Assembly: GCA_965203175.1 (NCBI GenBank)
Contig: OZ241867.1
Location: 608,001-672,000 of the forward strand
Origin: Candidatus Latescibacterota bacterium
Lineage (GTDB): Bacteria; Latescibacterota; UBA2968; UBA8231
Direction of reading: 5' to 3'
Length of the DNA stretch: 64,000 nt
Shown: one piece after another, positions 28,676 through 38,324 of the stretch
Layout: each line of letters starts with the position of its first letter
How positions within the stretch are numbered: the first letter of the stretch is position 1
Program-made: the position numbers and the translations under genes
Notes under the pieces: generated by a model
Seen by the model: only the letters and a program-made list of their open reading frames with translations
What the model was told of the DNA's origin: nothing
Database searches by the model: none

Positions 28676-29878
28676 ATGCGGATTGAGCAGATTGAAATCA
28701 AGAACTACCGTTCCTTCCGCCACGCCGTGTTTGAAGATTTACCTCCGATGGTCGTAGTCGTGGGCGCAAACGGCACGGGCAAATCGACGCTACTCGACGT
28801 GTTTAGCTTTCTCAAGGACGCGCTGACCCAGAACGTCGCCATGGCGGTGGCGCAACGCGGCGGGTTCCGCGAGTTGGTCAGTCGAGGAGAAAATGGACCG
28901 ATTGGGATTACCATCAAATTCCGCGAGAGCGGGGGACGTCTAGCCACCTACGAACTCGAAATAGTAGCGAAAAATGGCCGAGTCTCGGTTGAACGCGAAG
29001 TACTTCACTATCGTAAAGGGCAGCATGGACGCCCTTGGCATTTCGTTGATTTCTCAGGCGGAATCGGAACTGCAATCACAAATGAATCAGTCTATGGTCA
29101 GGAAGAAGTAAAAGAAAAGAGAGCAGAGTACAAGCTCGACGATCCAAGCGTTCTTGCGATCAAGGGCTTGGGCCAGTTCCGCGAGTTCCAAGTCGTCTCG
29201 GAATTCCGCAGCTTAATCGAGAACTGGCACGTCTCGGACTTCCATATTGCCGACGCCCGACCAAGCAGTGAGGCCGGCTATGCCGAGCATCTGTCTAATC
29301 GTGGCGATAACGTCGCCCAAGTGGCCCGGTACCTCTACGAGAATCACCGCGAGTGCTTCGACCAAATTCTGAAGGCTATGAGCCAGCGCGTCCCAGGCGT
29401 GAGCGGCGTTGAAGCCAAACCGACGGAGGACGGGCGTCTCGTTCTGCGCTTTCAGGATGGCAGCTTTAAGGACCCATTCATTGCCCGCCACGTCTCCGAC
29501 GGCACGATCAAGATGTTCGCCTACCTCGTCTTGCTGTATGACCCAAAGCCCCATCCGTTGCTGGCAGTCGAAGAACCCGAAAATCATCTCTATCCCGAAT
29601 TGCTAATAGAGTTAGCCGAGGAGTTTAGGGACTACGCTCGGCGCGGCGGTCAAGTGTTCGTTTCGACCCACTCTCCCGATTTCCTGAACGGAGCAGAACT
29701 TAACGAGATCTTCTGGCTGGTTAAAAAAGACGGATTCACAACCGTGCGCCGAGCGTCCGACAGCGAACTGCTGCGCGCTCTTGTCGCAGAGGGAGACTTG
29801 CCGGGTGCCCTATGGAAGCAGAGGCTTTTTGAGGGTACTGGGCTACGTCAATTTGATGACGAGTTGATAATCACCTAG
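28676..29878 (+). CDS. AAA_21 / AbiEii-like ABC ATPase
   Basis: Walker A GANGTGKS, VSDGT signature, AVEEPENHLYP Walker B, STHS H-loop. Confidence 0.88.
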   Translation: MRIEQIEIKNYRSFRHAVFEDLPPMVVVVGANGTGKSTLLDVFSFLKDALTQNVAMAVAQRGGFRELVSRGENGPIGITIKFRESGGRLATYELEIVAKNGRVSVEREVLHYRKGQHGRPWHFVDFSGGIGTAITNESVYGQEEVKEKRAEYKLDDPSVLAIKGLGQFREFQVVSEFRSLIENWHVSDFHIADARPSSEAGYAEHLSNRGDNVAQVARYLYENHRECFDQILKAMSQRVPGVSGVEAKPTEDGRLVLRFQDGSFKDPFIARHVSDGTIKMFAYLVLLYDPKPHPLLAVEEPENHLYPELLIELAEEFRDYARRGGQVFVSTHSPDFLNGAELNEIFWLVKKDGFTTVRRASDSELLRALVAEGDLPGALWKQRLFEGTGLRQFDDELIIT

Positions 29879-29887
29879 CAGGCCGCT

Positions 29888-30874
29888 ATGAACACCAACG
29901 AACCAATCCCATTTGCAACATTCGCCCGCTTCGAACGGCTCACCGCCGAGAAGCCCCTGCTGTACTGCGAGCCACCCGCGTGGGCGGCTGCCAGTCACGC
30001 CATCGTCGTGGACGACACCGTGCACTATCTATGGGCCAAAAAGGGAGGAGATGGTAGCTGGGTACACATGCACAGCTCCGCGCCAGTCGCCGATCCTACG
30101 GCGGTGACGCACGACCAGCGCAATCCCATACTCCTACCTTCCGCCGACGGATTCGACAATCACGGCGTGGAATACCCATTCCCGTTCTGGAATCCCGCCG
30201 ACCAGCGCTACTACGCCTATTATCTCGGCACCCAAGGCAAGGACAAGCCCCGCCGCAAGCAGACCGGCCTGCTAGTCAGCGACGGCGATTTCGGAGCGTG
30301 GACGCGGATTGACAATGAACCAGTAGTTGCCGTCGGCGGCGCGCACGAACAACACGGCTCTTCCCATCCATCCGTGGCCGTATCGGGCGATGTCATCCAC
30401 ATGGTCTATACCGGCGAGTCGCCAGCACCTCCTGAACGGCGCGACATTCTCTACAACGTACCGACCATCTGCCATGCCACCGCACCGACCAGCGATCCGG
30501 CGCAGGTCACCAAGAATCCCGCCAATCCCGTGTTCTGCGGCTCGGGGCAGGCGTGGGACCACTATGGCGTGCGCGAAGCCGAAATCCTCAAAGGACCGAG
30601 CTACTTCCATCTGTTCTACGGGGGTTACGACGGCAAGGTCTGGACCATTGGGCACGTCCGCACGCGCGACTTCCATACTTTCGAACCCAACCCACACAAC
30701 CCAATTTTCACGCCTGCGACCGATGCCGACGCCTGGGATTGCGACGGCCTCCTGACCCCACAGGTATTCGCAATAAACGGTACCTATTACATGATCTACG
30801 CTGGTCTCAGAGGGTCAGGCTGGAATCGCGTGTCAGCAGTCGGGACGGGCCTAGCCGTGGCCAAGCCGCTGTAA
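29888..30874 (+). CDS. Five-bladed beta-propeller glycoside hydrolase-like protein (GH32/43/130 clan)
   Basis: Repeated NP(I/V)...(W/F)D...xxP blades, e.g. NPIFTPATDADAWDCDGLLTPQV, YYMIYAG. Confidence 0.7.
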   Translation: MNTNEPIPFATFARFERLTAEKPLLYCEPPAWAAASHAIVVDDTVHYLWAKKGGDGSWVHMHSSAPVADPTAVTHDQRNPILLPSADGFDNHGVEYPFPFWNPADQRYYAYYLGTQGKDKPRRKQTGLLVSDGDFGAWTRIDNEPVVAVGGAHEQHGSSHPSVAVSGDVIHMVYTGESPAPPERRDILYNVPTICHATAPTSDPAQVTKNPANPVFCGSGQAWDHYGVREAEILKGPSYFHLFYGGYDGKVWTIGHVRTRDFHTFEPNPHNPIFTPATDADAWDCDGLLTPQVFAINGTYYMIYAGLRGSGWNRVSAVGTGLAVAKPL

Positions 30875-30884
30875 GGGCGCACCC

Positions 30885-32279
30885 TCACTCACTATCCTCA
30901 TCGGCCCGTTCAATAACCCGCATACTCTTCCAACGGCCCGTGCGAAAGCGCAAATAGAGAGCCACACCCAAGACGCATATATACGCGCAGCCAAAGCTCC
31001 ATATCAGGTACAGCCCTCCATCAAAGTAGGTTAGGGCGGCAAAAGACGGCACCACCATGATCGCCCAGGCCAGCGCGATCGAAATCCACATGACGAAACG
31101 GGTGTCGCCCGCACCCTTCAGGGACGCCGCGAACACCATATAGGCGGCGTCGAAGACGCAGTACAAGGCCACGAAGCGCAGCAAGACCACGGCGATCTGA
31201 TGCGCAACCGCAAAGTTGGCGTCTTGCTCCTCGCCAAAAGGCGCAAGGAAAAACTCCGGCACCAACACATAGCCCAAGGACATCGTCCCCATGTACAGCA
31301 TAGCCAAGTGCAAACCCGACCACGTGCAGTACTCAGCGGCTTCGGGCTGATCGCGCCCCAAGCGCTGGCCAACCATCGTCGATACGGCAATACTGCAACC
31401 AATGAGCGGCATAAAGGCGAGGCTGTTGATGTGAAAGGCCAAGTTCGTCGCCGCCAGCGGGATCGGCCCCAAGCGGCCCACGATGAACAAGAAGAAGGTA
31501 AAGGCCATGATGTCGAGCATGAAGTTGACGCCGTTGGGGCCGCCAAAGCGCAACAAGCGCAGCAGCAGTTTGCGGTCCGGCTTCCAGCCGCGCAAGGTGG
31601 CGTATTCGCTGCGATAGCGCGGCCCCAAAAACAGCACCGCAAAACACAGGGCCGAGACCACCAAGCCGATATTGGTGGCCCATGCCGCCCCGACGATCCC
31701 CAACTCAGGCAGTCCCCAATGCCCAAATATCAAAGCGTAGTCGCAGATGATGTTGACGCTGATAGCCACGACGTTGACCGCCAGCACCACCCACGTCTGG
31801 CCCCGCCCGCTGAAAAAGCACGAGAAAGCCGTGGACAAGACCTGCGGCCCAGTGCCGTAGCAAAGGATGCGAAAGTACTGGGTCTCAGCGGCGCGGATGC
31901 CTGGGTCGTGGCCAATGAACGCGAAGAGTTCGCCAGCAAAGGCCGCTGGCAGCAAGGCCAACAGGCCGCTGAACAAGGCCACGTACGCCCCTTGCCACAC
32001 GGCCGGCCCCACCCGCGTCGGTCGCCGCGCACCCATGTATTGGGCGACAAACGTGTTGGCGTATTGGGCCGTGCCCATGAAGAGGCTGATGAAGGTGAAG
32101 TTGGCCATGCCCGCCGGCAGCGCGGCCGCCAACGCCTCGGTGGAATACCAAGAGAGAAAGACCCGATCGACAAAGTGCTGGATGCTCCAGCTAGCCGTGC
32201 TCAGAATCAGCGGCAAGGCGATCCCCAAGAATTCTCGGTACCCGCCTGCGGCCCCCCACCGCCTCGCGATGCGCCCCAC
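30885..32279 (-). CDS. MATE family efflux transporter
   Basis: FVDRVF, VAQYMGA, PELGIVGAAWAT, VGQRLG, LKGAGDT; about 12 TM segments; GTG just after the upstream stop. Confidence 0.92.
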   Translation of the reverse strand: MGRIARRWGAAGGYREFLGIALPLILSTASWSIQHFVDRVFLSWYSTEALAAALPAGMANFTFISLFMGTAQYANTFVAQYMGARRPTRVGPAVWQGAYVALFSGLLALLPAAFAGELFAFIGHDPGIRAAETQYFRILCYGTGPQVLSTAFSCFFSGRGQTWVVLAVNVVAISVNIICDYALIFGHWGLPELGIVGAAWATNIGLVVSALCFAVLFLGPRYRSEYATLRGWKPDRKLLLRLLRFGGPNGVNFMLDIMAFTFFLFIVGRLGPIPLAATNLAFHINSLAFMPLIGCSIAVSTMVGQRLGRDQPEAAEYCTWSGLHLAMLYMGTMSLGYVLVPEFFLAPFGEEQDANFAVAHQIAVVLLRFVALYCVFDAAYMVFAASLKGAGDTRFVMWISIALAWAIMVVPSFAALTYFDGGLYLIWSFGCAYICVLGVALYLRFRTGRWKSMRVIERADEDSE

Positions 32280-32281
32280 GC

Positions 32282-33301
32282 TCAGCTCGCCATAAATTCG
32301 GCCACCGCAATCAATTCGCCACCGCACCGCGCCGACTCCCACCCCGCCAGTACCGGAGCCAGCGAATAAAGGCCGTCGGCATAGTCGTTGAGCAGCAGGG
32401 CGCGGTTGCCAGTGCGCACGGCCTCAATGAAGACGCGATCTTGTTCAAACCACGGGTCGAATTCCTCCGGTGCGTACACGACCTCGCCATTGACCTCAAT
32501 CCGGTCGTACATCCACAGCGCCAAGTATCCTCCCTCGTAAAAAACAGTGAAGCGCGGCTCGTCGCCCGGAGCGGTGGGCGTGGTGGCGAGGAACGTCGAG
32601 GTCATGGTCGCCCCGTTTGCTAACAAAAAGTTAAACGAACACGACAGCGGCGTGTTGTACCGAGGAGGATGGTGGTAAAAAGCTTGGGCTTGGGTAATAT
32701 CGAGGCCGCTCATAAAGCGCGCGTAATCAACGGCATGCACCCCCCAGTCAAAGGCCGAGCCGCCACTCTTGTCCATCTGATAGTCCCAATTGTCCGAATC
32801 GAGAACCTCGGCTTCGAGCAGTGGCAGACCGGCCGTGTTCTGGAAGCGGATGTGGGTGACTGCCTTACCCTCAAGCAGGCGACGAGCCTCCTGAAAGAGC
32901 GGACGGTAGCGCTCGCGGAAACAAACCGTTGAGATCGCGCCACCCTCGGCAACTGCATCGGCAATGCGCCGCGCAACAGCCATGGTGGTCGCTTGCGGTT
33001 TCTCGCTGAAGAGGTGGATACCCCGCGCTGCGGCCGTGGCTTCCACATCAGTGCGCGCAAAGGCCGGCACCACCGAATAGAGCGCGTCCAGCCGCTCTTC
33101 CGCGAGCATTTGATGGGGGTCTGCATAGGTGCGAGCGATAGAGTACTTTTGCGCAGTGACAGCGAGGTTCTCCGGATTGGGGTCACTCGCGGCGACCAAC
33201 TCGACGTCGTCTAACTTGCTCAGATTGGGCAGGTGAGTTTGGTTGGCAAAACGACCGGTGCCGTAGATGCCGACGCGCACTGGGCGATTGTCTGCGGGCA
33301 T
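32282..33301 (-). CDS. Gfo/Idh/MocA oxidoreductase
   Basis: VRVGIYGTG, FSEKP, SGGSAFDWGVHAVD. Confidence 0.9.
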   Translation of the reverse strand: MPADNRPVRVGIYGTGRFANQTHLPNLSKLDDVELVAASDPNPENLAVTAQKYSIARTYADPHQMLAEERLDALYSVVPAFARTDVEATAAARGIHLFSEKPQATTMAVARRIADAVAEGGAISTVCFRERYRPLFQEARRLLEGKAVTHIRFQNTAGLPLLEAEVLDSDNWDYQMDKSGGSAFDWGVHAVDYARFMSGLDITQAQAFYHHPPRYNTPLSCSFNFLLANGATMTSTFLATTPTAPGDEPRFTVFYEGGYLALWMYDRIEVNGEVVYAPEEFDPWFEQDRVFIEAVRTGNRALLLNDYADGLYSLAPVLAGWESARCGGELIAVAEFMAS

Positions 33302-33555
33302 GAATAAATCCTTTGTTTAGCAGCTTTTACATAGCGGAGCGAAATGGGCAAGAAAAGAAAAAAGGAACTCATGCGCCAGCCCGCTCTGCGGCGGATCACA
33401 GGGCAATCTGAGGCGTCTGTTCTACACTCGTGCGACCTGCAACTTCGGGGGCTAGCGACGAGGATATTCCAGCCCCATGGTACCAATTGCCACTGTTCAC
33501 ACGAGTAAGTACCTTCGCCTCAGATAACGGACATTAACTATCGAAAGACGCACCT

Positions 33556-34026
33556 ATGATTCGGCGAAAGGCTGTACGTGCGGTCATTATGACGCCAGAC
33601 TATCGAGTGCTGATGATGAAGGTAGAGACTGTCACGGGAATCCACGTTTGGATTGCGCCCGGCGGAGGCTTGGAACCCGGTGAGTCTGAGGAAGAGGGAC
33701 TGCGGCGCGAAGTCGCCGAAGAGACTGGCGCTAGGAATTTTTGTCTAGGACCGCCCTTATGGAATAGAAATCACGAATTCTCTTGGGACGGTCGAACCTA
33801 TAGCCAAAACGAAGTCTATTATCTCGTACAAGCAGACCACTTCGATCCAGTAATAGACGTGGAGGCTTCTCCTGACGAGGCATCGGCATTTCGCGGGTTC
33901 CATTGGTGGTCAATTGACGCCATCGCCAGGTCCGCAGAGAAGTTCGCTCCTCGCAATCTTCATTGTCTGCTCGAGAGTATATCCAATAACGGGCCGCCAG
34001 ATAAGCCCGTTGCCGTAGGCGCATAA
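33556..34026 (+). CDS. NUDIX hydrolase
   Basis: Nudix box GGGLEPGESEEEGLRREVAEETG. Confidence 0.92.
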   Translation: MIRRKAVRAVIMTPDYRVLMMKVETVTGIHVWIAPGGGLEPGESEEEGLRREVAEETGARNFCLGPPLWNRNHEFSWDGRTYSQNEVYYLVQADHFDPVIDVEASPDEASAFRGFHWWSIDAIARSAEKFAPRNLHCLLESISNNGPPDKPVAVGA

Positions 34027-34069
34027 ATGTTAGGGGAAAGCCTGTTGCGAACTTGCAACCTAAACGACC

Positions 34070-34429
34070 ATGACGGGTGACTTTGTAGATGCAAGGACGT
34101 TCATCGGCAAAACTGTCGGTGTTACCATAGACCGACCTCTTGGCTCCAAGCATCCTGAAGCGGGCTTCATCTATCCAGTCAACTACGGATTTCTCCCGAA
34201 TGTACCGGCACCTGACGGAGAAGATATGGACGCCTATATCCTCGGCATTTTCAAACCGCTAGAGACGTTCACAGGCAGATGTATCGCCGTCATTCAACGA
34301 TCTGATGACGATGATGACAAGCTCATTGTCGCACCTGATGGCAAGGATTACTCCGACGAGCAGATTCTCGCTTTAACGGAATTCCAAGAGCGATTTTTCG
34401 AATCGTCCGTAACACGTGAAGTGATTTAG
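34070..34429 (+). CDS. Short family-I inorganic pyrophosphatase-like protein
   Basis: IDRPLGSKHP, YPVNYGF, DGEDMDAY, DDDKL. Confidence 0.85.
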   Translation: MTGDFVDARTFIGKTVGVTIDRPLGSKHPEAGFIYPVNYGFLPNVPAPDGEDMDAYILGIFKPLETFTGRCIAVIQRSDDDDDKLIVAPDGKDYSDEQILALTEFQERFFESSVTREVI

Positions 34430-34440
34430 GAAAGAAACTC

Positions 34441-35103
34441 ATGCCATTCAAGATCGCCGACGATCCGCAGACCGATTATCGGGAACTGGTAAGAACCGCC
34501 TATAACCGATGTGCGATGGATTACGCGGGGCAAAAACGTACTACGCCTGGAGCCGAGCTCAACTTGATAACTGAGCGTCTGACACCTAGTTCAAAAGTCC
34601 TCGACGTTGGCTGTGGTGCTGGTATCCCAGTCGCCCGACATCTTGCAGAAACGTTCGACCTCACCGGGATCGACATCTCCTCAAACATGATAGCTCTAGC
34701 GAAGGAAAACGTCCCCACCGCCAAATTCGTCATCGCCGACGTAATGGAGACCGAATTCTCCGCAGGTAGCTTCGATGCAATTGTCAGCTTTTACGCCATC
34801 TTCCACATCCCAAGACAGAAGCATCTAAACCTCTTCCGTCGATTTTCACAGTGGCTTCGGCCCGGTGGCCTCCTCCTGTTTACTATTGCTGAGAAAGACG
34901 ACGGTCCTGGATATACTGAAGATGACTTCTTCGGCGAAACCATGTACTGGAGCAACTTTGGCCCCTCGACCTACAAGAAGTTTCTCACTGAGGCTGGATT
35001 TCAGATTGAACAGGAAGGTATCGTAGGAGGAGGATTCGGAGGTGTTGATGCACTGGAAGAAGTCCACCCATTTTTCTTCGCCGTCAAGAGAGAAGGCTTG
35101 TAG
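34441..35103 (+). CDS. Class I SAM-dependent methyltransferase
   Basis: VLDVGCGAG, GIDIS, SFDAIV, LRPGG. Confidence 0.92.
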   Translation: MPFKIADDPQTDYRELVRTAYNRCAMDYAGQKRTTPGAELNLITERLTPSSKVLDVGCGAGIPVARHLAETFDLTGIDISSNMIALAKENVPTAKFVIADVMETEFSAGSFDAIVSFYAIFHIPRQKHLNLFRRFSQWLRPGGLLLFTIAEKDDGPGYTEDDFFGETMYWSNFGPSTYKKFLTEAGFQIEQEGIVGGGFGGVDALEEVHPFFFAVKREGL

Positions 35104-35173
35104 ACTAGCAAGCGTTGTGAAGTGAACACATTCGCCACAATCGGCACACTCGTTTATCTGGAAAGGACTATCA

Positions 35174-35572
35174 ATGTCGCTAACAGGTCGATGTCTTTGC
35201 GGAGCGGTCAGCTATACAAGCGACTCAGAGCCTCAATCTGTGATCTATTGCCACTGTGACGACTGCCGTAGGATTACGGGCAGCGCTTTCAACGTTGGAG
35301 TCGGCGTACCAGCCTCCACATTTCAACTGAGTGGTAAAACCAAGGGATACGAATCTACGAACGACGAAGGCCGCACAAAGATTCGCGAATTCTGTCCAGA
35401 ATGTGGCTCGCAATTGTTCACACGCTATCCCGACACGATATTCATCAAGGCGGGCACCCTAGACCATTCCGACGATCTGCGACCCACCAGAGAGATCTGG
35501 ACCGAAATGGCAGTCCCGTGGTCCAAGATTCCCAACGGCCTAGATAAATTTCCCCGCTCTTCGACAACTTAA
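35174..35572 (+). CDS. GFA (glutathione-dependent formaldehyde-activating/CENP-V) family protein
   Basis: GRCLCGAV, CHCDDCR, FCPECGS. Confidence 0.92.
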   Translation: MSLTGRCLCGAVSYTSDSEPQSVIYCHCDDCRRITGSAFNVGVGVPASTFQLSGKTKGYESTNDEGRTKIREFCPECGSQLFTRYPDTIFIKAGTLDHSDDLRPTREIWTEMAVPWSKIPNGLDKFPRSSTT

Positions 35573-35584
35573 CTGGGAAATCTA

Positions 35585-36028
35585 ATGCCAAACTGCGACT
35601 ACAGTCTTACGTGGTATCACGGCTCTCAGCAAGAACTGACAAAACTTCGGATCGGAAGTTCGATCACACAGAATAGGAAAGTGGCGAAAGCATTCTCACA
35701 TAGACCTTCACTTGTTTCTATGTCTGACGAAGGTGAGTCTCTATCTGACAAACTCAGGATTAAGCACAACGGCGTCACGTCCGGTTATCTCTATGTCGTT
35801 TCCGATGACATCGGTCCCGACGATGTGTATCCCCATCCCCACCCGGCAAATGCCGATCGCTGGGAGTGGCTGACCAATCGGGAATTGAAGCTGAAACTCA
35901 TCGAACAGACTATCGTAACGGACGAGGAACGTCTGACAGACGAAGAAATCACAGAGATAAGGCAGAAACAGAAGGAAAGAGGCGAGGAGTCGTTCGTGGG
36001 TGATCCTGCCAAAGAAAACAAAAAATGA
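35585..36028 (+). CDS. Hypothetical protein, possible ADP-ribosyltransferase fold
   Basis: WYHGS, SITQ...A..FS, GYLYVV, EWL pattern. Confidence 0.55.
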   Translation: MPNCDYSLTWYHGSQQELTKLRIGSSITQNRKVAKAFSHRPSLVSMSDEGESLSDKLRIKHNGVTSGYLYVVSDDIGPDDVYPHPHPANADRWEWLTNRELKLKLIEQTIVTDEERLTDEEITEIRQKQKERGEESFVGDPAKENKK

Positions 36029-37389
36029 AACGCGAACACATTTTTGCCCATTACGAACAGGACGCAACCCGGTACTGGAAGCTGAGAGAGGGCGGCTATG
36101 CCACCCCGCTGAGTGTGTGTCAGGGCGATGAGGTAACATTCCATATATCGAATTCCAGATCGTACTACGATGTATTTGTGTTCCACGAAGGGGCCAAACG
36201 GCGTCTGGTAAAGGAGATAAACGACCTGCGTGGCGGGCTTCCCCCGGTCCCCGAGTTTGGCTATCGGGACGGATTCGCCTGGCCCGCGACGGTCTCGTTT
36301 CGGGTGCCTCGCGACTGGAAGAGCGGTGTTTACATCGCCAGTTTTCCCACCGCACAGGGAATCCGGGAAATCCTGTTCGTCGTTCGCCCGCGCGTTCCCA
36401 GCGCGCCGATTCTCCTGACGATCGAGACCAATACCTATGCCGCCTATAACTGCGTGGGCGGCAAATGCCTCTTCCCCTATCTATCTACCGACCGATCGCA
36501 CAGCAACCTGGTGACCTTTGAGCGCCCCCTGCAGCCAGACATCATGGGCGGGTTCTATGCTTGGGATCAGTTCTTCACATCATGGCTTGACGCCGAAGGG
36601 TACCAAGTAGACTACTGCGTCAACGCCGATCACGATCGGCAGCCGGATCTCCTAGATGACTACCCTGCACACCTCAGGATCTGCCACGGCGAGTACTCCA
36701 GCCGCGAAGAATGCGAGCAGCTTCAGCGGTTTGTAGCACGTGGCGGCAACCTGATGGTGTTCGCCGGCAACTCTTTCTCGCACTTGGTAGAGACCAGGGC
36801 CGACGGACGCCAGCTTTACTGTGCCAAGACCCGGTACAAAAAGCATCCGCTCGGCACGCCAGAGGATCCCGAAACATCCTTTCTCCGCGCAATCGACAAT
36901 CTGCGTCAGCGCACCATTGGCGTTTCCTATACGGCTGCTGTCAACGCCAAGAGCAAGGTTCCCGGCGAAATTATTGCCCCGACGTCCGGAGAATACGGAT
37001 TCTTCCGCGTGACCCAGCCCGACCACTGGGCGTTCGCAGGAACCGGGCTGGGAGAAGAGGACGAGTTTGGCCGGGAAGACTCAATCGTTGGGGTCGAATG
37101 CGACGGCGGTGACATCGAATTCAAGGATGGGAAACCGCGATTTACAGGCCGTGACGGAATCAGCCCGCATTACCAAATTATCGCGATCGGGGACGCGGAG
37201 GACCACGGTTTCAACGCGGACCTAGGGGTCCACCACGACCGATTCTACGCCACCGTCGCGGTCAACGAAACGGAGTTCAAGGGGACTGTCTTCACCGCGG
37301 CAACCATCGAGTGGGCGCACGGTCTTTACCGGAACGGCGGTCCAGTGGCACAGATCACGCGCAATGTCTTGGACCGGCTGGGCAGGTAG
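36025..37389 (+). CDS. N,N-dimethylformamidase beta-subunit family protein
   Basis: VPRDWKSGVY, NTYAAYN, VTFERP, HGEY, GGNLMVFAGN, PDHWAFAGTG, GTVFTAATIEW, QITRNVLDR. Confidence 0.8.
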   Translation: MKREHIFAHYEQDATRYWKLREGGYATPLSVCQGDEVTFHISNSRSYYDVFVFHEGAKRRLVKEINDLRGGLPPVPEFGYRDGFAWPATVSFRVPRDWKSGVYIASFPTAQGIREILFVVRPRVPSAPILLTIETNTYAAYNCVGGKCLFPYLSTDRSHSNLVTFERPLQPDIMGGFYAWDQFFTSWLDAEGYQVDYCVNADHDRQPDLLDDYPAHLRICHGEYSSREECEQLQRFVARGGNLMVFAGNSFSHLVETRADGRQLYCAKTRYKKHPLGTPEDPETSFLRAIDNLRQRTIGVSYTAAVNAKSKVPGEIIAPTSGEYGFFRVTQPDHWAFAGTGLGEEDEFGREDSIVGVECDGGDIEFKDGKPRFTGRDGISPHYQIIAIGDAEDHGFNADLGVHHDRFYATVAVNETEFKGTVFTAATIEWAHGLYRNGGPVAQITRNVLDRLGR

Positions 37390-37504
37390 TGGATGAGCGA
37401 CCGAACAACGGCATGCCTTTGACACGGTCGAGTATTCGGAGCAAGTTGAATCATTTCAAAAGCTGAGCGATTGACAAATATCTCCGCTTGAAAGGCCGCT
37501 TCAA

Positions 37505-38284
37505 ATGCTGATAATCGACACGCACTGCCACGCCGGGAACAACTGGTTCGAGCCTATCGAGACACTTGAATTCGAGATGGACCGCAACGGCGTTGACCAA
37601 GCCGCACTCATCCAACACGGCGGCACATACGACAACACCTATCTCCTCCAAGAAGCCGCCAAGCGACCGGGCCGGTTCAAGGTTGCAGTCCTCGTCGATC
37701 CCGAGTCCTCCGATCCACTCGGCGATCTCGCACAACTCGCAGAGCAAGGGGCCGCGGGTGTTCGCATTGCCCCGGGTGGCCAGTTCGCCAACGCGGGGCC
37801 TTACGACATGTGGCGCAGAGCCGGCGAACTCGGCCTCGTAGTCTCCAGCGTCGGCGATGCGCCCCAGTTCGCGGCCGACGATTTCTCGCGCGTGCTCGAT
37901 GTGTGCCCCGACACCCACGTCATCCTCGAACACCTCGCAGGAGTGGGCATTGCCGAGCCACCCTACGCCGATTACGTTGAGGCCCTGCGACACGGCGAGC
38001 GCGACAACACCAGCATCAAAGTCCCCGGCTTGGGCGAAATCTGCGCCCGCCCGCCGCGCCTGCTGCCCGAACTCGAATTCGACCACGTGCCGCCACTCTT
38101 CGAGATGGCCAAGGACGCATTCGGCGTGCAACGCATGATGTGGGGCAGCGACTTCCCGCCCAGCGCCGGCAGAGAGGGATACGCCAATGCGCTGTGCGCC
38201 GTCATCAACCATCCGGCCTTTGCCGACGGCGATGATATCGAGTGGGTCATGGGAAAGACTGCGGCGCGCGTGTGGGGATTCTAA
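37505..38284 (+). CDS. Amidohydrolase_2 family protein
   Basis: IIDTHCH, ILEHL, FGVQRMMWGSDFP. Confidence 0.9.
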   Translation: MLIIDTHCHAGNNWFEPIETLEFEMDRNGVDQAALIQHGGTYDNTYLLQEAAKRPGRFKVAVLVDPESSDPLGDLAQLAEQGAAGVRIAPGGQFANAGPYDMWRRAGELGLVVSSVGDAPQFAADDFSRVLDVCPDTHVILEHLAGVGIAEPPYADYVEALRHGERDNTSIKVPGLGEICARPPRLLPELEFDHVPPLFEMAKDAFGVQRMMWGSDFPPSAGREGYANALCAVINHPAFADGDDIEWVMGKTAARVWGF

Positions 38285-38324
38285 CGAGAGAATATAACTT
38301 CCCTGTGGGAAACATCAGAGCGAC

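Noticed and set aside
31200-32369. 389-aa plus-strand ORF
   Set aside because: Antisense to a clear MATE transporter, with no motifs; expected in GC-rich DNA.
33344-33508. 54-aa ORF MGKKRKKELMRQ... with GGAG upstream
   Set aside because: No recognisable motif; lies in a divergent promoter region; may be chance or a remnant.
37446-37504. TTGAA-N4-TTCAA and TTGAA-N7-TTCAA inverted repeats around a TTGACA upstream of the amidohydrolase
   Set aside because: Short arms with inconsistent spacing and no cognate regulator nearby; insufficient to call an operator.
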